18,949 bases of DNA from Macrostomum lignano (lineage: Eukaryota): the NCBI GenBank assembly GCA_002269645.1, contig NIVC01005238.1:1-18949 (forward strand), in the 5' to 3' direction. Positions 9,534-18,916 of this stretch are shown here, piece by piece. How positions within the stretch are numbered: the first letter of the stretch is position 1; each line of letters begins with the position of its first letter. The translations under genes and the position numbers were made by a program. The notes beneath the pieces were generated by a model. That model saw only the letters and a program-made list of their open reading frames with translations, did not search any database and was not told the origin of the DNA.

Positions 9534-9793
9534 TGTCGCTCGCACCTGAGGTCAGGAAAGTGCACGCGCTCTGATAAAGTTTCAGTTCTACTTGTACTTG
9601 TACAGAAGTAGCTACTTGTATTGGTGTCCAGGGTTCCTGAAAAGTTAGAGCTCTGAAACTTAATGAGCGAGTTATGAGGTATATTCCAATCTTATTTTCA
9701 TGCAGAAAAAAATAAGTCTACAGGAAATGTTGCGCAAGTCTAAGACAAGCAAAAAGAAAATGATAGCATACAGTAATAAATAACACTAGCAAA

Positions 9794-9895
9794 GGACAGG
9801 AACACCCAGTCATGGACAGAAACACCCAGCCATAGACAGGAACACCCAGCCATGGACAGGAACAATCAGCCATGGACAGGAATAGCCCCAGCCAT
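9794..9895. repeat. Short array (about 5 units) of the 20-bp GGACAGGAACACCCAGCCAT minisatellite
   Basis: Same unit as the edges of the 14105-14841 array. Confidence 0.9.
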
Positions 9896-10822
9896 CGAGA
9901 AGAACCTTCAACAATAGATGGAACAGCCAAAAGTTGAAAGCCCAGAAGAAAACTATAGAAAGCTACAGCCAAGGATTAAAATTGAACTCACAGGTAGGAA
10001 AATTGCAGATTTCCTTTTCAAAAGCAGACAAGATCAAAGTGAAATCAAGCCGAACCAAAGCATTTGCTCCGCAAGCAAGCGCTGTCCGCTAAAAGCTAGA
10101 CTGTATCTGTCCCTATTGTACTGTCAGTGAAAAAGGAACTTCCGTTAAACCCAAGCAATCTCCCCAAGCTGCAAATCAATAAGTGCGTCTGTCTGCACAC
10201 TCGCATGCGTGCACAAGCAAAGTGGTAATACACAATCCGACGTACAGTTCCTTGTAAGTTCCTCGTTCCTTGCTTAATCGTCTGCTACCACAAACGAGAA
10301 CCTCCACCCCGTCCATTCCGCTTGTCTTTCGAAATTGATTGAGGCTGTGTACCCGCTACCCGCTTTGAGAAAACAGACGGTGGCAATGCACATTCAAATT
10401 CTCGGAGACAAGTGTCGATTATTGAGCTATTTGAGGAAAATAAGTTAACGAAAAACAAACAGAGCTGTCTCAATGTTCAGACTGAGTTAAGTCAGATTGA
10501 ATTGGATTAAAATTGGACAGTGTCTGGGGCGAAAGGCCAAACTTATTTGCTTATCTACAATCAGTTAGTGAGTGTGACTTGGGCGTAGGTTAAAAAGGGA
10601 TGTTATTAACCTACAGATAACGACAGTTCACGCTTACTTGCGCATCCGAGGTCTTTCCGTCATAGACACCAAAAGAACAGACAGATCGTACGAGCGTACT
10701 TAATCTGCAGATATTCCTCGTTTTGCTCCCAGTCTTCATTCTTCAGTGAGGATTGGCCATTGCACTGCACTGGTAAAGAAAGAGCCCAGGAAATGAGCGT
10801 GAGCCGTCATATATGTAGGCCA

Positions 10823-10976
10823 TAGGGTAATATATCAATACCATAGACATTGTGAGGGCAGAAAGATGGAGAATCCGAGGGTCGCGAATAGATAGATAGA
10901 TAGATAGATATAGAAGCGACCCTCGAATTCTCCATCTTTCTGCCCACACAAGTCTATCGTATCGACTTATACCCTA
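10823..10976. repeat. Foldback element with a (GATA)n microsatellite loop
   Basis: 10851-10885 and 10916-10950 are inverted repeats matching at 33/35. The 30-nt loop is GAATAGATAGATAGATAGATAGATATAGAA, and imperfect pairing continues to about 10823/10976. Confidence 0.9.
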
Positions 10977-11093
10977 ATTTGCAAGGACGGGCAGAAACTC
11001 CATTTCTTGCCCTGTCTATGGTAACTCCGTACTATTTGAGTGTGAATCTTTTCGAATTTTTATTTCCTGCCCGCTGCCAATGTCTATGGTAAA

Positions 11094-11799
11094 ATTCACG
11101 GGTTAATGCTTCGTATAAGCATTAACCTGAGTTATTAACCTAAGTGTGAACCTGAAGATGCGCACTGTTGTGCGAAACGCGTCGTAACTAATTTAATATT
11201 GATGAATACAGAATTCCCAATTACCTCAATGTCGCGCGATCCTGTTTCAAATAGCGATGAATGCTGGCACGAAATCCAACCAGACTGTTGACACTGTAGG
11301 AATTCCCATCTTTACGCTTTAGAGAAACAAACCCGAGTCTCAGGTATTGCACCAGGTATCGCTCTGGCATGCCTTCGATGTTGTCCGGAAGACCATTAGA
11401 CTGCAGAAACTGCTTAAATTGCAGTGCAACGTGCTGCCTTGTCTTCACATCAGTTGATTGCGTTCGAGCAGTCGTCTCCACGGCTTGGATACCGTGAATC
11501 TCAGTTTCGTTGAGCTCTCGAAAGTCATATTCAGAAGCTTGTTCAAATGATAGATCTGCAAGATCTTCCAGTAGAGCATCAAATTCCGGATCCAAAGCTC
11601 TGCTGGTTCCAACTCCTGGAACCGGCAATCCAGTCCACTGGTCAATTAAAATCGTTCTTGCCCAGCAAATAGCTTTAAGAAATCCATCTCGTCATGATGC
11701 GAACCGCTTATAACGTCACCGTGAATCGATTTCAAGTCAAGGAGAGACATGTATCGTGATAGCACTTCTATGAGACATACGAAGCATTAACCCGTGAAT
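11094..11799 (-). mobile_element. Crypton-like (tyrosine-recombinase DNA transposon) deletion derivative bounded by 23-bp inverted repeats
   Basis: ATTCACGGGTTAATGCTTCGTAT at 11094-11116 and its exact reverse complement at 11777-11799 enclose a Crypton-like ORF fragment. Confidence 0.6.
11221..11628 (-). pseudogene. N-terminal (pre-catalytic) fragment of a Crypton/DUF3504-type tyrosine recombinase
   Basis: FRELNETEI...T...T...VALQFKQFL and SLKRKDGNSYSVNSLVGFRASIHRYLK match the R-K.DG..Y...SL......I.RYL signature of animal Crypton/ZMYM/QRICH1-type proteins. The ORF stops before any catalytic R-H-R-Y region and has no real ATG. Confidence 0.7.
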
Positions 11800-12192
11800 A
11801 CTATACATGCACCGTCGTCCGAGAGGTAACAAAAGTCGAGCTCCTGCAGGTCTATATATTGGTTTCCAAAGGAGCGCTACTTTTATAGGGGCGCAACTTT
11901 TTATGCTGCAATTTTGTCGAAGCGAGTTGGGGGTGACCCCTTGGCAGCTACAGTACAGTGCACGTGTAATTTACATGCACATTGGTAAGAGATCGACGTT
12001 GTATGCTCTTTCCAATTTTATTAATTATTCAAACTGAATGCACAGTGGCATACATGTATCACAATAGTGATACAGGCCGAAATCGCTTAGCAAAAGTTTG
12101 CAATCTGTAATCGATTGGATCGAGGAATTCAGAACCATTACATGCGGATTCGAATGGACATTTTCGGTGCTACTGTGCGAGCGCGGCCCCTC

Positions 12193-13285
12193 TCAGCCGC
12201 GAACGTAGAACTGCAGGCCCTGAATGCTCAGCAGAGCAGCCGGAATGGCGGGCACGTCCATGAAGTAGCACAGGTGCAGCTGCTGGGAGAATAGCACGGC
12301 CTGGCAGTCCCCGGTGCACAGGTAGATGCAGGTAGCCAGGCTGAAGCCGCTGGCAGACCGGTAGCTGATCCGAAACGCATTCAGTTTGAGATAGGACTCG
12401 TTGCCAGGTACGAACTTGTTCGGGTCTGCAAAAAAGCGATGAAACTCAAAACTGTAGGCTGTACGTCCATGACGTCTGGCCGTCTGACCGGTAAAGGCTT
12501 TATTTTTACAAAATATTTATCGCTCAGAAAAATTACAAAGCGAAGAGAATTTAACTTCAAGCAGCGTTCATCAGCACGTCTAGAAAAAGGATCTCGAACA
12601 GCAATCCGACGTCGGCGCGACTTTTTGATGACGTCGTTTTCTGTCGAAGCAATGCCAAAAAGTATGTATTTGTCATCGAACGTCGATAAACCTCGAGAAC
12701 GTTGGTCGACGCTGTCGACATCGGATTGCTGCTGTACGGGGGTGGCTTCAAGACGTATCTTGTACGCACATATGCAACCAGCTGTACGGGGATGGCTTCA
12801 AGACGTGTCATGTCATGCACATCTGCAACCAAAAGCAAAACATGCTCACGAGTGTAGTGCTGCCGGAACACCGAGTTACGAAAAGCGGATTCACATTTCT
12901 GAGTGATGTTACCGCTGCATGTTTTAAAGCAATCACTCTCACTCAGTTGTATTTGCCCGTAGGAGCTCCCACAGAAGCAGTGAAAACCGGCCTGAACTCC
13001 AAAGTACGGGTGACTGCCGAGAGCGCACAGGGCGCTGCACAGCTCGTGTGTCATGCTGTGGCTGGAGGCCCTGAACAGCTCTAGTTGATGAAGACCGACA
13101 CCGCCAATCTTGGTGATGTCGTAGTTCCTCTGGTCAGTCATCTGCCACAGACCGTTGACGGCGTCCAGGTAGCAGCCGACGTAGGTGAAGTTGCGGCCCC
13201 TGCCGGCGCTCGAGGCGATGCCGATGACTCGACAGGCGAGCAGCAGGCCGGCTGCCAGGAGGATGAAGCTGTTCAGACATCGCAT
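12193..13285 (-). CDS. Secreted WSC-domain + PAN/Apple-like protein (join 13285-12850, 12425-12193; 222 aa)
   Basis: Signal peptide MRCLNSFILLAAGLLLACRVIGIASS and WSC motifs YVGCYLD...MTHELCSALC...YFGVQAGFHCFCG...C...CSGN..QKC....RNSVF. The donor C|GTGAGC at 12849 and acceptor TTTTTTGCAG at 12426-12427 are both phase 1. Exon 2 reads HPNKFVPGNESYLKLNAFRISYRSASGFSLATCIYLCTGDCQAVLFSQQLHLCYFMDVPAIPAALLSIQGLQFYVRG*. Total 436+233 = 669 nt. Confidence 0.85.
12731..12831. repeat. About 50-bp tandem duplication inside the WSC-PAN intron
   Basis: GCTGTACGGGG.TGGCTTCAAGACGT...GCACAT.TGCAACCA occurs twice (12731-12780, 12781-12831). Confidence 0.85.
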
Positions 13286-14104
13286 GATCAGCTGCGTCTT
13301 TGTGAAATCAAGGATTATTGACTTACCTAAGACTTGAAATTATTTTTTGAGTTGGCTACGGATTCGAGCTTTATTAGCGATCTCAAGCCAATTATTTTAA
13401 AAGCCTTAAGAGTTTCTACTTTCAGAGCATTTGAAATCCCAATGCTATTCATTAAAATTGCCATTCAGCCCTCGTTTTTGATTTTTATTTAGAAAAATAA
13501 ATCAAATTGAGATCTATTGATGCTCAACAATTGAAAGCAGACCCAAGAACCATGTGGGTCCTTAAGCAGGCGATGTTTAGATTTTTCGAAAAAATACAAT
13601 TTTTGGTAAATTAGATAGGCCGATGCCAGGCAACGGACGAGCTGCTCCCATTATATCTACTCCGAAATTCATAATGCGTTTACGATGTACGTCAGGTTAG
13701 CGTGAAACACAACCCTGCACAGATTTATAGGCAGGTATGGTTAACATACATTATAGCTAGTTAGTGCACTCGTATGCAAGTAGCATGCATGCAGTTCTGT
13801 GGTTCCGGTTATCCAGTTATTCCGGTTCATGGCTATGAGGAAGAGTTTAAACCTAACGGAACATTTGGTTTCTTGCTTTAGTGGCCAGGCACTTAAGAAG
13901 GCGTTCATCTATACTCAGAAACTGCTCCATGGTGTGATGTCTATACTCGTACAAGCTGTTGAAAACCGCGGATTTTTTAACACAATAGATCAGAAGACTT
14001 TCTGAGACTATGCAAACACTTACAGCATCAGGACAGTAATCTAACTAAATAATTTTTAGTATATAGGAAGATGAGATTAATTTGCAGCTGTTAAATAAAA
14101 TGAA

Positions 14105-14841
14105 AAACACCCGGCCATGGACAGAAACACCCAGCCATGGACAGGAACACACAGTCATGGACAGGAACACTCAGCCATGGACAGGAACACTCAGCCATGG
14201 ACAGGAACACCCAGCTATGGATAGAAACACCCAGCCATGGACAGGAACACCCAGCTATGGATAGAAACACCCTGCTATGGACAGGAACACCCAGCTATGG
14301 ATAGAAACACCCTGCTATGGACAGGAACACCCAGCTATGGATAGAAACACCCAGCTATGAATAGAAACACCCAGCTATGGATAGAAACACCCAGCTATGG
14401 ATAGAAACACCCAGCTATGGATAGAAACACCCAGCTATGGATAGAAACACCCAGCTATGGATAGAAACACCCTGCTATGGATAGAAACACCCAGCTATGG
14501 ATAGAAACACCCAGCTATGGATAGAAACACCCAGCTATGGATAGAAACACCCAGCTATGGACAGAAACACCCAGCTATGGATAGAAACACCCAGCTATGG
14601 ATAGAAACACCCAGCTATGGATAGAAACACCCAGCTATGGATAGAAACACCCAGCTATGGATAGAAACACCCAGCTATGGATAGAAACACCCAGCTATGG
14701 AATAGAAACACCCAGCTATGGATAGAAACACCCAGCTATGGACAGGAACACCCAGCCATGGACAGGAACACCCAGCTATGGACAGGAACACCCAGCCATG
14801 GATAGAAACACCCAGCCATGGATAGAAACACCCAGCTATGG
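14105..14841. repeat. 20-bp minisatellite, about 37 units, consensus GGATAGAAACACCCAGCTAT
   Basis: Near-perfect tandem units with no spacers and one single-base insertion at about 14701. Confidence 0.97.
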
Positions 14842-15477
14842 TAGTTGCACAAAAAGCCCATAAATTAAACCTCCAGCCAAGTTAAAACCCAACTCGCAGT
14901 TTGAAAGAAATTGCATATTTATTTCCCATACTGGACAGGAGTGAGAGCGCACGTTTTTATTTATTGATTTTTGACTGCGTTTATAACGGCTATAGCAATA
15001 ATATTATGATGTAAAAAACATCTAAAAAGTTAAACGGGATGATGACGGATAAAAACAGTTTGACTGAGAGCGCTTTAAACAGAAACACGCTTAGCACAAT
15101 ACAAATTATCAAGGAGTTAAAACAAAAAAGAATGCTTCATATAACGAGTAGCTAACGATTGGTTGATGAATGATGCTGGCCTAAAGTTAAAAACTGAGTT
15201 TTAATTAGGTAGGCATAAATAATTTAGTAGAGTATTCATAAGCTCAAAAATGTAAGCCTTCAAAGAAATTATGAATTATTACGGTGCAACTTATTATTAT
15301 ATCGCGATTACTGAGAAGTCGAAGTTAATTAGGAGAAATTCGAGAGTAAATTACATTGAAAAAGCAATTGTCTTAATAATAATAAAGCAGCCGCAAATCT
15401 GGAATGAACTGAGTGAAGATTAAGCGTAAGCTACACTTCGTGAATATAATATCAGTTTAGTTATAATAGCAGTCAAA

Positions 15478-15752
15478 TTAATAATAATAATACTAAATAC
15501 TTCGTTACACCTGCCCTAATGGGCAGATGTGCAACCGACAGCTCAGCCGCAGCCATTGCTTGGCGCATCTGAAGGCTGCGTACGGCTGTTCAGTCCAAGG
15601 ACTGGGGGTCGCCACACCCTCAATTACCCCAGCTAATGCTGGCACCCATTTTACAGCTGGGTGAACTGAAGCAGTGCAGAATTAATTGCCTTGCTCAAAG
15701 ACACCATGCAGTTGTTATAGTGGTATCGGGAATCGAACCCACGACCTTCAAG
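15478..15752 (-). mobile_element. 5'-truncated tRNA-derived SINE with a CORE/MIR-like central domain and (TAT)n tail
   Basis: The minus strand reads AGGTCGTGGGTTCGATTCCC (B box), then GTCTTTGAGCAAGGCAATTAA...CTTCAGTTCACCCAGCTGTAAAATGGGT (CORE-like), and ends TATTATTATTAT. No A box is present. Confidence 0.75.
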
Positions 15753-15830
15753 GTAACTTTTCAAGGTAAAAAACTTTTTAAGTTTCAAAAGCTATTCAAG
15801 ACTATGCAAAAAGCCAATTAGGTTCAGGGA

Positions 15831-18800
15831 TCACTTGGGCTCACTCGTGGCGCTCTCGCAGCGCTGCAGCATCTCGGCGATCTTGTTGCCGAACGGATCT
15901 TCGCCACGGCGAGTCTGGGCGATCATTTCGGCAGATTTTCGAGCCTCTGCTAGGTACTTGACGCGGCTCTGCCAGCCAGGCGTCTGCTCCATCTCCTGGC
16001 TGCTAATGAGGTTATCAATGTACTGCACTACGCCTAGAGGGTACTGCCGAAGTGCCAGCTGATCAAGAGCTTCAAAGCACTTGTGAATTGTCACAATGTT
16101 GTACGTGAGCTCCTGGTGCTCTGCCGAGAGTTCTTCTCTCAGAGTTTCAATCAGTTTCCGTTTAGCCTCCCGATCTTTGACGCTGAGCTCGTACTTCTCA
16201 AAGATCTCCGTCACGCTGACGATCTCCTCCTCGGTGGTGTGCACGAAGTAGTGATCCGAGCACTCGTGCTCCTTCCAGCTGCACTTTTTCGGGCACACGG
16301 AGCAATTGCCAAAGAGCGTGAAAACTCGGCACTTTTTCCTGCTTTCTGGAAGTCCCCTGGAACAGTCGTTGTGGCAGGTGTTCTCGCACACTCTGCAGCG
16401 CATCACGTAGCGACCAGGACCTGGAGTCTTCTTCACCTTTTTCGGCACCATCACTTTCCGAGTCTTGTTCATGTCGGCGTCCTTGATCACGGCGTCCAAT
16501 GTATCCACGAGGTTGAGCTGCTCTTCAAGTAGAGCCATTTTATCGAAGCACACCTGCACCTTTTCCCACATCTTCTCCTTTGAGTGCTCCAGCGTGCTGC
16601 GCTGCCTCAAAACATTTCGAGTGGTCTTCAGGGAGATCGCATCAGCTTTGCTTAGCCAATCGAACAGCTCAGAGTAGCTAAACCAGGCCTGCTCCCAATC
16701 GAGCTGGCTCGCCCGAAGAGCCATTTGATGCTTTTCTCTTCTGCTGAACAGGCACCCTGCGGTTCCGGCTCTGAGTTGTCGGAGTAAATCACGCCATTGT
16801 TAAACTTCAGGATTTGCTTATACGGTACATTGTGCTCGCTTAGAGCAGCCAGTGCCTGTGGCTCATTGCTGTCTGCAAATGTCATGACCGGAAAATTATC
16901 TTTGCGATATCCTTTCCAAACAGGGATAGAACCTGATCGAAAATGTACTTTTGTGTCGGGGTCAGTCGGTTTTGAGACGCCTTAACCACAAAGCCAACGG
17001 CGTGCAGGATGCCCGTCATTCCTGGAATGCAGGTGCTGTCTTCTCCGAGCACTCGGGCGATCTTCTTAACGACTCGCTGATCCTCTTCGAGACCCCGGGT
17101 GTCTCCGAAGCCGGGAGTATCGATGACGGTCAGCGGGCAGTCCAGGGCACTTCTGCCCGAGCTGCACCCGCCGAGGTGTCCACCGGATGAAGAGTATACA
17201 ATGACACCTTGGACGTCTGAGAATGCGCCTGGTTAATAATTTGACTTATTCTATTTGAAGCAGTGGATTCCAACGCCGAACATTCCGGGGCGGTTTCAGA
17301 AATCAAGCGCAGTCGAAAGTTGTCCTTGTATTCAACTTTGTAGAAGGCATTTACAAGCGCGTTGATGAATCTGGTTTTTCCTGTGCCAGTCTCGCCCACA
17401 ACCAGCAGGTACTTCCCTGGACTGCTTTTGCACGCGCCAATGTCGAATGACTCAGGGCAGATGCAGTGGTCCGCAGGGCACTGGCAGCTCTCAGGCAGCT
17501 TTAGGAGTCTCATTTTGAGCTGGAAAATCTCGCCAGGAAACGCTTCGTCGCCTTCTTTCCTCACGGGCTTCGACTCGCACATGATCTTTCGCACGTACTC
17601 GGAGCAGAGCTCCAGAGGCAGCGTTTCAAAACGGACGCTACGGGACTCAACTGAATCCCCAAACGGAGTCACTGTAGAGATCTTGGCCTTGAATTTGCTA
17701 CTTGGATCGAGCTCGTGAACGTCAGTAGTGACTTCGTCAGTGAGTTTCGTGACGACAAGCTCACTCGAGTCTTTTTTGGAGGAAACGTAGATATTAATTC
17801 GGTACTGCACAGCTGGCGCAAATTCGCTCTTCACGGCCGACCATGAAAACTTGGCCCGAGTGGACTTAATTTCCTCGCATGACAGATCCTTCGGTGGTGG
17901 CGGAATCTCCAGAGCGCACCACTGGTGTCCCTTTCTGTACTTTTTTATAATTTCGATTCGGTCCGTATTGTTGCGACCGGCTTCGCTAATTAGAGCTGCA
18001 GAAACGGTGAATTTATCGTCTGTTCTGTTTCTTTCAACAATGGACACAAGCTCGTTCACCAGTACAATGATCTTTTCATGCTCTTCAGTGTCATGCCAGG
18101 TATCCCGGCTCCGCTCCACAGTAGAGTAATTGCTTTCACCATTGAGGAATCTCTGAAGACTTTTTAAATAGAAAGATATCGTTGGAAAATTAAGCTCAAC
18201 TAGAAGCTTCTGTTCAGCTGATTTTTCAAACTGCTGTTTGTCTGTGGCATCCTTGATGAGCTTGATGCCCACTGAGCTCAGTTGAGCTGCCAACGCCTGC
18301 AGAGCACTCACCTCTCCTCCAGTCTGATCGAAATCGAGTCAAGAAGAAATTGAACGGAAATGTCCCGGATTGGTCTCGCTCAGAGTAATTTTCATCGGAC
18401 ACCATCACTGCTCTCTTCCGAGCTGAGCCTGCAGAGCTCTCTCCCTTTTCCGGACTTGGCTCCGAACTTGATGCCGTCACCACATGGGTCGCCGGGGTGT
18501 CCGCCAGCTGTTGTGGAAACTCGACGCCTCCACTTGGCTCCAAGTGCAGCTCGTCGAAACCTTGTGAGCAATCCGGTAGGCCAGAGTGACTTCCTCAGAG
18601 TTGAGACTGGTCTTTGAGTCGTTCAGGTACCGACCAGAGCCTTCGACCTCGGTGTTGCCACACAGGAAGCCGAGCTTAGATCCGGACTGAGTTTGAGCAG
18701 TTTCGCCTTGTCCGAAAATGTGCACTCTTTTTCGATGCTGATAGTTCGAGTCACTTCCACTTGACTTTTGGTCATGTCGAGCGTCGGCGGCTTGCGACCA

Positions 18801-18916
18801 CAGCTTGGTCCCGGTGATGAAGCGGTCGTTTCGCGCATCGTACAGCGTGCCGAGAGCGACGGGTCGGCCCAGACAGGCAATTCGGAGGTCTTTGTCTTTG
18901 AAGGAACCGTGGGCAT
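15831..18916 (-). pseudogene. SNTX-like - FN3 - GTPase copy 2, main exon (frameshifted and with an internal deletion as assembled; pseudogene or consensus error)
   Basis: It is colinear with copy 1 from the acceptor (18917-18918; DAHGSFKDKDLRIACLGRP) to the stop (15831). There are 1-bp losses at about 17170, 16890 and 16733, several indels in 18396-18800, and about 480 bp missing at 18306-18395. No in-frame stop was seen in the reconstructed 15831-18305 frame. Confidence 0.75.

Noticed and set aside
9139-10130. ORFs 9139-9384, 9718-9972 and 9918-10130
   Set aside because: They lie in intron or upstream sequence of copy 1 and are partly derived from the minisatellite and its flank, with no protein signature.
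14105-14841. CRISPR-like regular array, and the 60-aa ORF 14082-14264 running into it
   Set aside because: The units are directly adjacent with no unique spacers and the context is eukaryotic. The ORF is just the translated repeat.
15725-15750. tRNA gene suggested by GGTTCGATTCCC
   Set aside because: There is no A box, acceptor stem or cloverleaf. It is followed by a CORE-like domain and simple-repeat tail, so it is a SINE head.
4818-18617. Many short plus-strand and off-frame ORFs overlapping the toxin-GTPase and WSC genes
   Set aside because: These are antisense or shifted-frame shadows of GC-rich coding sequence with no recognisable motifs.
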